A stretch of DNA of 64,000 nt from assembly GCA_028695015.1 (NCBI GenBank), contig JAQVJR010000002.1:706-64705 (forward strand), given 5' to 3'. This DNA comes from Minisyncoccota bacterium. GTDB lineage: Bacteria > Patescibacteriota > Minisyncoccia > UBA6257. Under the pieces are notes generated by a model. That model was given only the letters and a program-made list of their open reading frames with translations, was not told the origin of the DNA and did not search any database. Of this stretch, positions 40,235-50,262 are shown in pieces; positions within the stretch are counted from its first letter, which is position 1, and every line of letters starts with the position of its first letter. The position numbers and the translations under genes were made by a program.

Positions 40235-41701
40235 ATGCTTAACTTATACAACACTTTAACTAGAAAAAAAGAGGTTTTTAAGCCTTTAAAAGGAAGAAAA
40301 GTTGGTCTTTATACTTGTGGCCCAACTGTTTATTCTTATGCTCATATTGGTAATTTAAGAACATATGTTTTTGAAGACATTTTAAAAAGAACCTTGTTAT
40401 TCAATGATTATCAAGTTAATCATCTAATGAATATTACTGATGTAGGTCATTTAACATCAGATGCTGATACTGGAGAAGATAAAATTGAAAAAACCGCTAA
40501 AAAAGAAAAAAAATCTGCTTATCAAATAGCTGAATTTTATACTCAAGCTTTTTTTAAAGATTGTGAGAAATTAAACATCTTGCCTCCAAATATCATTGCC
40601 CCAGCAACAGAATATATTGAAGAAAATATTTCTTTAATTCAAGTTTTAGAAAAAAAAGGTTATACATATAAAACCAAAGATGGGATCTATTTTGATACTT
40701 CTAAATTCAAGGATTATGGAAAACTGACTAATATGGATTTTGATAAACTGAATAAAACTCTTAAAGCCGGAGCGAGGATAGAACTTTCTCCAGAAAAAAA
40801 GAACATCACTGATTTTTCCCTTTGGAAATTTTCATCTCCAGATGAAAAAAGACAAATGGAATGGCCCTCACCTTGGGGAACAGGTTTCCCAGGTTGGCAT
40901 ATAGAATGTGCGGTTATTAACTTAAAATATTTAGGTAATGCATTTAAAAATAAGACCTTTGTTCCAGAACAAGCAGAAACCATAGATATTCATGCAGGCG
41001 GCAGTGATTTAATACCTATTCATCATACTAATGAAATTGCTCAAGTAGAAGCAGCCACTGGGAAAAAATTTGTTAATTATTGGCTTCATGGAGAATTTTT
41101 GATTTTAAAAGATTTGCGCATGGGAAAATCAACTGGCAATGTAATTCTAATAGATGATTTAGAAGAAAAAGGATATTCTCCATTATCTTATCGCTATCTT
41201 GTTTTAAATGCCCATTATCGAAAACCTTTAGAATTTTCCTGGCAAGCCTTAAATAATGCTCAACAAGGATTAAATGACATTTCTAATTTTATCTATCATT
41301 GTTTGTTAAAGACTAAACCTAATTCATCTGTTAAGCTCTCTCCTGCCCTAATAGATATACAAAAAGAATTTAAAAAAGCTATTAATGATGATTTAAATAC
41401 TCCTCAGGCCCTAGCTGTTTTCTGGAAATTAATAAAAAAATATTACAAAGAAAAATTAGATCCAAGACAAACATATCAATTAGCTTTAATTTTTGATACA
41501 ATACTTGGGCTAGGTTTGGATAAAATCAAAGTCTTCCCTTTACCTAAAGAAATACAATTATTAAATGAAAAAAGAGAAAAAATGAGAAAATCAGCCAAAT
41601 GGGCAGAGGCAGATAAAATAAGAAAAGAAATAGAGGCTTTAGGGTATTTTATAAATGACACTAAAGAAGGAACAATTATTCAACCAAAAAATAAAATCTA
41701 A
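40235..41701 (+). CDS. cysS: Cysteine--tRNA ligase
   Basis: [24 protein letters not shown] and RMGKS motifs. Confidence 0.96.
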   Translation: MLNLYNTLTRKKEVFKPLKGRKVGLYTCGPTVYSYAHIGNLRTYVFEDILKRTLLFNDYQVNHLMNITDVGHLTSDADTGEDKIEKTAKKEKKSAYQIAEFYTQAFFKDCEKLNILPPNIIAPATEYIEENISLIQVLEKKGYTYKTKDGIYFDTSKFKDYGKLTNMDFDKLNKTLKAGARIELSPEKKNITDFSLWKFSSPDEKRQMEWPSPWGTGFPGWHIECAVINLKYLGNAFKNKTFVPEQAETIDIHAGGSDLIPIHHTNEIAQVEAATGKKFVNYWLHGEFLILKDLRMGKSTGNVILIDDLEEKGYSPLSYRYLVLNAHYRKPLEFSWQALNNAQQGLNDISNFIYHCLLKTKPNSSVKLSPALIDIQKEFKKAINDDLNTPQALAVFWKLIKKYYKEKLDPRQTYQLALIFDTILGLGLDKIKVFPLPKEIQLLNEKREKMRKSAKWAEADKIRKEIEALGYFINDTKEGTIIQPKNKI

Positions 41702-41707
41702 ATATTT

Positions 41708-43093
41708 ATGGCAGAAAATAATTCAAAAATAATTCAAAACAAACTGCCTCCACAAAACATTGAGGCTGAAGAATCTGTTTTAGGAGCTTTAATGATTGAC
41801 AAAAACGCTATTGCAAAAGTAGCTGATAGTTTATATCCAGAAGATTTTTATAAACCTGAGCATCGTATAACTTATGAAGCCATTTTAGATTTATACCAAA
41901 AAAATGCACCCATAGATGTTCTTTCAGTTACTAATCGCCTTAAAGAAAAAAAGCTTTTAGAAGAAACAGGTGGTGCTAGTTTTCTAACATCTTTAGTTAA
42001 TAAAACTCCTAGTAGTGCTCATGTGAGTCATTATGGTCAAATTGTACATGAAAAAAGAGTTTTAAGAGATTTAATAGCTGCCTCATATAAGATAGCTGAG
42101 CTAGGTTGGCAAGAATCAGAAGATATTAATCAAGTACTAGATAAGGCAGAACAAATAATTTTCTCTATTTCCCAAAAATCAGTGGGTTATGATTTTATCA
42201 CTTTAAAAGAAGAATTAATTAAAGCCTTTGACCGCATAGATCAATTGCATAAAGGAGGTGATAAATTAAGAGGCGTTGGCACTGGATTCAATGACTTAGA
42301 TAATAAATTAGCTGGTTTACAAAAATCTGATTTAATCATTATTGGCGGTCGTCCTTCATTGGGAAAAACCTCTTTAGCTTTGGATATTGCTCGTTATGCT
42401 GCATTAAGAGAAAAAGCCTCGGTAGGTATCTTTAGTTTAGAAATGTCAAAAGAACAAGTGGTTGATCGTTTAATTGCTGCTGAATCAACAGTAGATTTAT
42501 GGAAGATAAGAACTGGCGCTCTTTCAACTGCTGGAGAAACAAATGATTTTACTCTTATTCAAGACGCTTTATCTCGTTTAGCTGAAGCCCCAATATTTAT
42601 TGATGACATTCCTTCACCAACTGTAATGCAAATAAGAACTATGGCTCGTCGTTTGCAAGCCCAAATTGATTTAGGAATGATTATTATAGACTACATTCAA
42701 CTTATTACTCCTACGCTTACCAGAGAAAGCACTGTCCAGCAATATAGTGAAATATCTCGTTCTCTTAAAGCCTTAGCTAGAGAATTAAATATTCCTGTGG
42801 TCGCTCTTTCTCAACTTTCTAGAGCTGTTGAACAAAGAGGCCCTCTTTGCATCCCCCGACTTTCAGATTTAAGGGAAACTGGTAGTTTAGAACAAGACGC
42901 TGATGTTGTTCTCTTTGTTTATCGAGAAGACCGATATAGGGAAGATACAGAAAAACAGAATATTGCAGAAATTAGAATTGCCAAACACCGAAACGGACCC
43001 CTAGGTGTAGCTAATCTGTATTTTAATGAACAATTAGCTAGTTTTCGTAATTTAGAAAAAGAAGAGAATATTTATCAACCAGAAGAAGAATAA
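41708..43093 (+). CDS. dnaB: Replicative DNA helicase
   Basis: GRPSLGKT, FSLEM, IDYIQL and LSQLSR motifs; no intein. Confidence 0.97.
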   Translation: MAENNSKIIQNKLPPQNIEAEESVLGALMIDKNAIAKVADSLYPEDFYKPEHRITYEAILDLYQKNAPIDVLSVTNRLKEKKLLEETGGASFLTSLVNKTPSSAHVSHYGQIVHEKRVLRDLIAASYKIAELGWQESEDINQVLDKAEQIIFSISQKSVGYDFITLKEELIKAFDRIDQLHKGGDKLRGVGTGFNDLDNKLAGLQKSDLIIIGGRPSLGKTSLALDIARYAALREKASVGIFSLEMSKEQVVDRLIAAESTVDLWKIRTGALSTAGETNDFTLIQDALSRLAEAPIFIDDIPSPTVMQIRTMARRLQAQIDLGMIIIDYIQLITPTLTRESTVQQYSEISRSLKALARELNIPVVALSQLSRAVEQRGPLCIPRLSDLRETGSLEQDADVVLFVYREDRYREDTEKQNIAEIRIAKHRNGPLGVANLYFNEQLASFRNLEKEENIYQPEEE

Positions 43094-43106
43094 ATTAATT
43101 ATTGCA

Positions 43107-43733
43107 ATGGATCTTCCAAAGCCCATAAAAGATTTTGTTCAAGTTTTTAGTCAATTACCTGGCATTGGTCCTCGTCAAGCAACCCGCCTTGCCTTTTGGT
43201 TATTGCATCAGAAAAGAGAAACCCAACATGCTTTTTATCGTGCTTTTACCAATTTATTCACTAAAACCCAGATTTGCCCTAATTGTTTTTTTATCTCAGA
43301 AAAAGAATCAACTGGAAGTAAGCTATGTAAAATTTGCCGTCAAAAACAAAGAGACCAAAGCCTTATCTGTGTTGTTGAAAAAGAAACAGATCTTATTTCT
43401 ATAGAAAACACAAATAAATACCGTGGTCTTTATCATGTCTTAGGTGGTTTGATTTCTGAAATAGATGAGAGCAAGAAACAAAAACTAAATATCAACCAGC
43501 TATTAACTCGTATTAAAAAAGTTTCTAAAACCCCACAAAAAGTAAAAGAAATAATCTTAGCTCTTAACCCCTCTTCTGAAGGAAATTTAACTACTTATAC
43601 TTTAGAAAAGGCAATTAAAGAATTGAATTTAGATATTAAGATAACAAAATTAGGCAGGGGCTTGCCTCAAGGCGGAGAAGTAGAATTTGCTGATGCAGAA
43701 ACCTTAGTTAATGCCTTAGAAGGAAGAAAGTAA
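43107..43733 (+). CDS. recR: Recombination mediator RecR
   Basis: LPGIG HhH, C4 zinc finger, YHVLGG and toprim region. Confidence 0.95.
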   Translation: MDLPKPIKDFVQVFSQLPGIGPRQATRLAFWLLHQKRETQHAFYRAFTNLFTKTQICPNCFFISEKESTGSKLCKICRQKQRDQSLICVVEKETDLISIENTNKYRGLYHVLGGLISEIDESKKQKLNINQLLTRIKKVSKTPQKVKEIILALNPSSEGNLTTYTLEKAIKELNLDIKITKLGRGLPQGGEVEFADAETLVNALEGRK

Positions 43734-43759
43734 AAAAGACGCTTAAGCGTCTTTTTTTT
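43733..43759. terminator. Bidirectional terminator overlapping the rplU stop
   Basis: aaaaagacgc-ttaa-gcgtcttttt. Confidence 0.75.
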
Positions 43760-44141
43760 CCTTCAAATCCTTTTCCTTCAAATCCTTTTTTTTCAGATCT
43801 TTTTCTTCCTTTTCTTTCAGATCTTTTTCTTTTAAATCCTTTATTGATACTTTCATAAAAGGCTGTCGATGGCCTTTTTTCTTTGTGTATCTGGTTTTTG
43901 ATTTATAGCGAAACACAATTACTTTCTTAGACCTACCTTCTTCTTCACATTTAGCACTAATCTTCATACCAATAATATAAGGTTGGCCAATTTGTATTTC
44001 ACCTTTTTCATCTGCAAAAAGAAGTACTTTATCAAAGATTATTTCATCCCCTACTTGCACTCCTTTTATTTTCTCTATTTTTAATTTTTGCCCTGGAGCA
44101 ATAAGATATTGTTTACCTCCAGTTTCTACTACAGCTAACAT
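43743..44141 (-). CDS. rplU: 50S ribosomal protein L21 with repetitive C-terminal tail
   Basis: AVVETGGKQY, IGQPY and GHRQPF motifs. Confidence 0.96.
   Translation of the reverse strand: MLAVVETGGKQYLIAPGQKLKIEKIKGVQVGDEIIFDKVLLFADEKGEIQIGQPYIIGMKISAKCEEEGRSKKVIVFRYKSKTRYTKKKGHRQPFMKVSIKDLKEKDLKEKEEKDLKKKDLKEKDLKEKKDA
43746..43841 (-). repeat. Imperfect 15-bp coding tandem repeat (KDLKE)n
   Basis: KDLKE KDLKE KEE KDLKK KDLKE KDLKE KKDA. Confidence 0.85.
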
Positions 44142-44165
44142 AATATAAATTTTAAATCTTATTAT

Positions 44166-44513
44166 TTATCTATTAAGAATATATATCTGAATACTGATTA
44201 AAAGAATTAAAACAGCAATACTCATATTAGCAAAAAACAGCAGCCAACTCAAGTCTTTATCTTTAGTTTTTAATAATTCAGAAAGCCAAAAATTAATACT
44301 AATAAAGATCATTCCCAAAGCTGGAATAACCCAAATTAAGTTACGATGGCCTAAAAAATTAATCCCAAATTCATTAGAACGAAAAATTACTGGAAAATTA
44401 GCAATTGTTTTATCAAAAACTAACCAATTCAAAATTAAAGAAATAATAAAACAACCTATAATTAATAGCCAATATTTTTCTCTAGTTCTATTAATAATTT
44501 TATAAAATTTCAT
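44166..44513 (-). CDS. Hypothetical three-TM membrane protein
   Basis: True start is MKFYK at 44513; the longer ORF-track call runs through the tRNA. Confidence 0.72.
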   Translation of the reverse strand: MKFYKIINRTREKYWLLIIGCFIISLILNWLVFDKTIANFPVIFRSNEFGINFLGHRNLIWVIPALGMIFISINFWLSELLKTKDKDLSWLLFFANMSIAVLILLISIQIYILNR

Positions 44514-44525
44514 TCTTTTATTTAG

Positions 44526-44598
44526 TGCCCTCAACCGGATTCGAACCGGTGTTACCAGAATGAGAATCTGGCGTCCTAAGCCACTAGACGATGAGGGC
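44526..44598 (-). tRNA. tRNA-Glu(CTC)
   Basis: GCCCTCA acceptor stem, CCAGA-TTCTCAT-TCTGG anticodon arm, GGTTCGAATCC T-arm. Confidence 0.95.
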
Positions 44599-44652
44599 AA
44601 TATTAAAAATATACCATAACCAATACGTATTATCCAGAAAACTTAAAAACCT

Positions 44653-45891
44653 TTAATTGTTCTCTAATTTAATTTCTTGAGTTATTTTCTCCATCTGCAT
44701 AGCTCGAGAGCCTTTAATTAAAATCAAATCCCCTTTTTGCAATATTCCTTTAATGGTTTCTCTAGCTTGTTCACTGTTTTTAAACCAAAAAGTTTGTATT
44801 TTAGGATTTTTTTTCAAAGCAGATTCTCTTGCTTTAATCATTTCTTCACCAATACCAATAAAAACATCAATATTCTTTTCTGCTATTGCCAAACCAATCA
44901 GCTGATGTGCTTGTTCAGATAAATTACTTAATTCTTTCATAGCCCCTAGAGCCACAATCCTCCTTTTAGCAGGAGCTGATTCTATTAGATCCAGAGATGC
45001 TAAAACTGAATCAGGGCTGGCATTATATGCATCATCTAAAATCCAAGTATTATTAATTCCAGGCATAAACTTAGTCCTCCCTTCAGGTATTTGATGATCT
45101 TTTATTGCTTCAGCTATTTCTACTAAATTCATCCCTAGAGATAAACCAACAGCAGCTCCAGCAGCTAAGGCATAAGCTTGGGGTTTTCCAAAAACATTTT
45201 TTACTCTTACAGGCACAAAACTGCCTTTGTATTCTAATCTAAAACTCATCCCTGTTTTACTCAAATCTTTACCTGAGAAGATTAACTTATAATTACTCAC
45301 TTTTACATCAGCTTTTTCATCAAAACCATAGAAAATAGTTTTGGCCATGGTTTTTTCTCTTAACCCAACAACTGGTTCATTATCTGCATTAAGAATTAAA
45401 GTATCTTTTAATAATAACCTCTGGGGTAAATAACTTATTTCTTCAATAAAATGACTGGTATTTTTAAAATGCTCTAAATGAACTGGGGGTGAGCCAATAA
45501 AAGTAATAATACCAATTGTTGGTTGAGCTAAATCAACTAAATACTTAATTACTCCTGGAGCATCTTCAGACATTTCTAAAATTAAAACCTCAGGATAATT
45601 TTTGCTTTTAAAGATAAAAAGCCTTAAGGCATGAAGAAAATTATAAAACCAAAGCAATACATTTCTTTTTGCATCCTTGCCTTGAATAATTGTTAAAGGC
45701 AATCCAATCTCAGTATTTAAATTAAAAATATTTCTTGCTGTTCTGTATTTTTTATTAAGAATAGTAAAAATCGCCTCTTTAGTAGAGGTTTTACCCACGC
45801 TTCCAGTAACCCCAATAACTAATGGCTTATAGCGCCATAAAATTAGTTTGGCTAAAAATTTTAATTTGTATTGAATTAATTTTCTTTTCAT
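44653..45891 (-). CDS. murF: UDP-MurNAc-tripeptide--D-Ala-D-Ala ligase
   Basis: VTGSVGKTSTKE, NTEIGLPLT, DDAYNASP and LIKGSR motifs. Confidence 0.92.
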   Translation of the reverse strand: MKRKLIQYKLKFLAKLILWRYKPLVIGVTGSVGKTSTKEAIFTILNKKYRTARNIFNLNTEIGLPLTIIQGKDAKRNVLLWFYNFLHALRLFIFKSKNYPEVLILEMSEDAPGVIKYLVDLAQPTIGIITFIGSPPVHLEHFKNTSHFIEEISYLPQRLLLKDTLILNADNEPVVGLREKTMAKTIFYGFDEKADVKVSNYKLIFSGKDLSKTGMSFRLEYKGSFVPVRVKNVFGKPQAYALAAGAAVGLSLGMNLVEIAEAIKDHQIPEGRTKFMPGINNTWILDDAYNASPDSVLASLDLIESAPAKRRIVALGAMKELSNLSEQAHQLIGLAIAEKNIDVFIGIGEEMIKARESALKKNPKIQTFWFKNSEQARETIKGILQKGDLILIKGSRAMQMEKITQEIKLENN

Positions 45892-45903
45892 CTTGTATTA
45901 ACT

Positions 45904-47703
45904 TTATTCTAATTGATCTGGAGGGATATTGTAATAATTGATTAAGAAACTTTCAACTTCTCTAAAAGCCAAAGTAACTGTTTGACTAGCAGCTCCTTCC
46001 CCCCATTGAGGTTGATCCATTTTTACTAAAATAATATATTCTGGATCTGAAGCTGGGAAAAATCCCACAAAAGTATGAATTTCTTCTTCAGTATACCCTG
46101 CCTTATCTTTTAAAGGAACAAAGGCCGTACCAGTTTTTCCTGCTAAACTATACCCTTTTACCTTAGCATTACCCCCAAATCCATTTTCAATAACTCCTAC
46201 TAGCATTGAGGTTAAAGTTTCTGCTGATTCTGCATTAACAATTTGCTGGGCACTATCAGTAGAATCAGGGATACTTAAAGCTATGCTTTTACCTGCGCTA
46301 TCTCTGGTGCTTTCTACAAGATAAGGAGTTACTGCCTTGCCTTTATTAGCAATAATGGCAAAAGCACGTATAAGAGCCATCGGAGTAGTAGAAATTCCTA
46401 CACCATAAGAAGCCGTGGCAGAATAACTAGGGTTTACCTTTGGATATTCTAAATTAGATAAATCACCAACAACCTCATTAGGTAAATCAATTCCAGCTAT
46501 TTCAGCAAATCCAAATTTGGTAAAATAGTTTCTTAAGGCTTCACTGCCTATTTCTTCTGCAACAAAAATAGCTCCCGTATTAATAGAGAATTCTAAAACC
46601 TTGCGCATTGTTGATTCACCATAAACCCGTCCTTCATAATTAATAATATGATAACCGCCAACATCATAATATCCTTTGTCAATATACGTTGTATCTGGAG
46701 TTACTTTTCCTGTGTCTATACCAGCAAACATAGTAAAAGGCTTAATCACTGAGCCAGGCTCATATCTTTCTTCAACTGCATAATTCCTATAAATGGAATA
46801 ATCTTTTATCTCTGAAAATTCATTTAGATTAAATGTTGGCCAATTAGCTAAAGCCAGAATCTTTCCTGTTTTAACTTCCATCACAATAATTGTTCCTTTA
46901 GATGCTTTTCTAGTTTCCACTAAATCCTCTAAAGCTTTCTGGGTTGTAAATTGAACATTTTTATCTATGGTTGTCTCTATGGAAACACCTTCAATCTCTT
47001 TTTTTTCTTGAGATGAATTAGAGCGCACTAATCTATTAAAAGCATCTTTAATACCCTGGAAAACACCTGTTTGCCCTGCAAGGATTTTTTCATAATAAGA
47101 TTCTAGGCCATAACGACCTTTCTTTGTTTCATCTTCTTCTTGTTCAGCAACAAAACCTATTGTTTGAGCAGCAAAAGATTCAAAAGGATAATAACGTTCA
47201 TATTTTTCTTCAAAATCAATACCTTTTAATTCTAATTCCCTTATTTCTTTAATTAAATCCTCATCTTCTACTTTTTTTAATAATAATTCATAAGGATCAT
47301 CAGGCTTGCTCAATCTTTCAAAAATTGCATCAAAAGATAAAGGAATTATTTCTGCCAGAGTTTCACTCACTTCTTTTGGATTTTCTATATCTTTGGGTAC
47401 AGCAAACAAGGAAAGATATTTTTTATTAATAGCTACTGGAATATGATCTTTATCCTTATCTTGGCAATAAATTAAACCTCTTTTAGGAGTCAAGACTTGG
47501 GTTGTCTGGTGAGTTGATTCTGCTCTTTGAGAATATTCAAAATGCTCCTTGACTTGTAAAATATATAACTTGCCTAATAATCCTAAAAAAATAGCAAAGA
47601 TAGCAAAGTAAATAAAATAAATTCTTCCTTGGGAAGAATATTCTTTTCTTTTATTTTTTTGATAAAAACTTCTGTATTTTGAATATTTTTTTTTCCTAGC
47701 CAT
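45904..47703 (-). CDS. ftsI: Class B penicillin-binding protein (FtsI-like)
   Basis: EPGSVIK (SxxK), SIN (SxN) and KTGT motifs; dcw context. Confidence 0.88.
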   Translation of the reverse strand: MARKKKYSKYRSFYQKNKRKEYSSQGRIYFIYFAIFAIFLGLLGKLYILQVKEHFEYSQRAESTHQTTQVLTPKRGLIYCQDKDKDHIPVAINKKYLSLFAVPKDIENPKEVSETLAEIIPLSFDAIFERLSKPDDPYELLLKKVEDEDLIKEIRELELKGIDFEEKYERYYPFESFAAQTIGFVAEQEEDETKKGRYGLESYYEKILAGQTGVFQGIKDAFNRLVRSNSSQEKKEIEGVSIETTIDKNVQFTTQKALEDLVETRKASKGTIIVMEVKTGKILALANWPTFNLNEFSEIKDYSIYRNYAVEERYEPGSVIKPFTMFAGIDTGKVTPDTTYIDKGYYDVGGYHIINYEGRVYGESTMRKVLEFSINTGAIFVAEEIGSEALRNYFTKFGFAEIAGIDLPNEVVGDLSNLEYPKVNPSYSATASYGVGISTTPMALIRAFAIIANKGKAVTPYLVESTRDSAGKSIALSIPDSTDSAQQIVNAESAETLTSMLVGVIENGFGGNAKVKGYSLAGKTGTAFVPLKDKAGYTEEEIHTFVGFFPASDPEYIILVKMDQPQWGEGAASQTVTLAFREVESFLINYYNIPPDQLE

Positions 47704-47715
47704 TATAAATTTCCC

Positions 47716-48123
47716 CTATCTTTGAGCTAAGTTTTTATTTCCCATATCTAAGTAAGAAATTGCCTGCGCCTTAACAAAATTATTTAATTCTGCCCATTCA
47801 GTTACTTTTTCTCTAGAAACAATTATTGCACTTTGTTCATTCAAATAATTAATATTATCTTCTATTTGATTTAATTCTTGTTTCAAGCTAATAATTTTGT
47901 AATCAGCTGAGATATTCTGCCCAAATAAAACAAGCCAAAAACCACTAATAATTACTATTGGCATTGCAAATAAAAAGACTAATTTAATATGCCCCAAATA
48001 TTGACCAGCATCATTAACAAAACATCGCCATTTTCTTTTATTATTTCGCGTTAATCTCTTTTTGGAATTCAAAATCATTGCTTGTCTGCCTTTGTTTTTA
48101 GTTGAATTATAGATAATGGTCAT
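47716..48123 (-). CDS. Probable FtsL-like cell division protein
   Basis: TM helix plus short coiled coil, located between rsmH and the PBP. Confidence 0.6.
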   Translation of the reverse strand: MTIIYNSTKNKGRQAMILNSKKRLTRNNKRKWRCFVNDAGQYLGHIKLVFLFAMPIVIISGFWLVLFGQNISADYKIISLKQELNQIEDNINYLNEQSAIIVSREKVTEWAELNNFVKAQAISYLDMGNKNLAQR

Positions 48124-48151
48124 GGTAAATATTTAATTTTAAAATTTTGAA

Positions 48152-49042
48152 TTAATTTATTTGGGCTGCTCTTAATTTAGCTGAACGCGAACGAGAATTT
48201 TTTAATATTTCCTCTTTGGTGGGAACAATTGGTTTTTTTGTTAAAATTTGTAATTTATTAATTTCAGATTGTTCTTTAAAAAAGTTTTTTACAATTCTGT
48301 CTTCTAAAGAATGAAAAGAAATTACTACTATCCGGCCATTGGTCTCTAGAATATTTATTGCCTGCTCTAGGCCCTTTCTAATATTTTCCAATTCATTATT
48401 AACAGCAATGCGCAAAGCTTGAAAAACTCGGGTGGCAAAATGAATTCTTCTCTGATCATAATTTTTTGGTAAAGTTCTTGCTAATAAATCTACTAGTTGC
48501 TGAGTGCTAATAATTCTTTCTTTTTTTCTTGCTTCTTTGATAGCTAAGGCTATACGTTGAGAATATCTTTCTTCTCCAAATTCTCTTAGTATTTTCTCAA
48601 TTTCTTCTATTTCCCAAAAATTTACAATCTCAGCTGCAGTTAAATCTTGCTTTGAATCAAATCGCATATCTAAGGGCTCATCTTTTTGATAAGAAAAACC
48701 CTTTCCTGATGACTCTAAATGCCAAGAGCACATACCTAAATCAAATAAGATTCCTTGAATTGGCTTAATATCATTCTCTTTAACTATCTTTTCTAAATGG
48801 ATATAAGAACCATTAACTAAAACTAATCTATCTCCTAAACTCTTATCTGTACTTTTTAATTCAGTAGCTCTTTTTAAAGCCTCGAGTGAAAGATCAATGC
48901 CTAATAGCTTACCTTTTGGCCCTGTTAGCTCTAATATTTCCAATGAGTGTCCTGCTTCACCAACAGTAGCGTCAATGAAATTTTCATTAGGTTTTGGATT
49001 TAGGTAATAAATTACTTCTTTTAAAAGAACTGGAACATGCAT
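48152..49042 (-). CDS. rsmH: 16S rRNA m4C1402 methyltransferase
   Basis: HVPVLL, DATVGEAGHS, PLDMR, FQALRIAVN, FHSLEDR and RSAKLR motifs; start at ATG 49042. Confidence 0.96.
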   Translation of the reverse strand: MHVPVLLKEVIYYLNPKPNENFIDATVGEAGHSLEILELTGPKGKLLGIDLSLEALKRATELKSTDKSLGDRLVLVNGSYIHLEKIVKENDIKPIQGILFDLGMCSWHLESSGKGFSYQKDEPLDMRFDSKQDLTAAEIVNFWEIEEIEKILREFGEERYSQRIALAIKEARKKERIISTQQLVDLLARTLPKNYDQRRIHFATRVFQALRIAVNNELENIRKGLEQAINILETNGRIVVISFHSLEDRIVKNFFKEQSEINKLQILTKKPIVPTKEEILKNSRSRSAKLRAAQIN

Positions 49043-49052
49043 AATGCTAAAA

Positions 49053-49484
49053 TCAAATTCCGAGGTCACCTAATTTTTCCGCAATGCTACCTGATTCTTT
49101 TTCTGTCTTCTGTTTGTATTTTTCCCATTCTTTTTGATCCCAAACTTCTAAACGATTATAAACACCTGCTAAGACTATTTTTTTTCCTAAGCCAGCATAT
49201 TTTCTTAAATAATCAGGTATTAAAATTCTGCCTTGGTTATCTAATTTCACATCCATAGCTCCAGCTAACATCAATCGAGCAAAAGCTCGAGAATTAGCCT
49301 GACTCAAAGGAAGACTTTTTATTTTCTCTGCCATTTGTTGCCAATCTTTTGAAGAAAAAATAAAAAGACAATTATCTAATCCCCTAGTTAAAACAGCATT
49401 AGGTAAAAGCTGTTTTCGTAATTTAGAAGGAATAGCGACTCTTCCTTTTGGGTCTATGGTATATGAATATTCACCAATGAACAT
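49053..49484 (-). CDS. mraZ: Transcriptional regulator MraZ
   Basis: MFIGEY, DPKGR and DNQGRILIP motifs. Confidence 0.96.
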   Translation of the reverse strand: MFIGEYSYTIDPKGRVAIPSKLRKQLLPNAVLTRGLDNCLFIFSSKDWQQMAEKIKSLPLSQANSRAFARLMLAGAMDVKLDNQGRILIPDYLRKYAGLGKKIVLAGVYNRLEVWDQKEWEKYKQKTEKESGSIAEKLGDLGI

Positions 49485-49536
49485 AATAAAATAATTTAAA
49501 ATTCAAATTCCTTATCTTAATTAATATTTTAGTTAT

Positions 49537-49620
49537 CCCCAAAAAACATACTTTTCCCCACTGTTATCCACATCTATCCACTTTACCCCATTTTACTCTT
49601 TTCAACCCCACTAAGTCAAG
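49537..49620 (-). promoter_or_regulatory. mraZ/dcw promoter with MraZ-box direct repeats
   Basis: (G)TGG repeats at 10-bp period (plus-strand CCA ending 49560, 49570, 49580, 49590, 49610); TTGACT-N18-TAAAAT. Confidence 0.75.
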
Positions 49621-49749
49621 CCTTAAATATCTTTAAAAAACACTTATAAATTCAATTAAAATTTAAGATACTTTTCGCTTAAATAAAGGTTTAATCCTTT
49701 TTTTATCATTTCCCCACTTATATAATATCCCCATATTATCCACAAATAA

Positions 49750-49780
49750 AAAAAGAGCTCATTTAAGAGCTCTTTTCTTT
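49750..49780 (-). terminator. Intrinsic terminator
   Basis: aaaagagctc-atttaa-gagctctttt after the RRM gene. Confidence 0.75.
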
Positions 49781-49793
49781 TTAAGAAAAACTT

Positions 49794-50054
49794 TTAAAAG
49801 GTTTTCTTCATTGGCCTAGCTTCATCTACGATAAGAGTTCTTCCATCTAATTCTTTTCCATTTAATGACTCTGCGGCTTTTTTAGCCTCTTCTTCTGAAG
49901 ACATTTCTACAAAACCAAATCCTTTGGATCTGCCTGACATTTTATCAGTAATAATAACTGCAGAAGTAACGGTTCCAGCCTGAGAGAAAAATTCTCTAAG
50001 ACCATCTTCGTTTGTATCGTAAGAAAGACTGCCTACATAAAGCTTATTGCTCAT
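49794..50054 (-). CDS. RRM (RNP-1) RNA-binding protein
   Basis: KLYVGSL (RNP2) and KGFGFVEM (RNP1) motifs. Confidence 0.95.
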   Translation of the reverse strand: MSNKLYVGSLSYDTNEDGLREFFSQAGTVTSAVIITDKMSGRSKGFGFVEMSSEEEAKKAAESLNGKELDGRTLIVDEARPMKKTF

Positions 50055-50262
50055 CTTTTACGTTTACCCGTTAAATTAACTTAACGAAATTATTTAATTT
50101 ACGACCTACCCCCTTAACTATAGCCTGACAGTATCTTTCTTACCGCTTAGTACTTAATTATAGGATAAGAGAGTTAAGCTCCCTTTTTCTTATTATTTAA
50201 GAAAAAAGCTTATGGATATATACTACTCGCCTAAAAGCTATTTGTCAAATAGAAAAATCCAA

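Noticed and set aside
44514-44600. N-terminal extension of ORF 44166..44600
   Set aside because: It is a translation through the tRNA-Glu gene; the real start is ATG 44513
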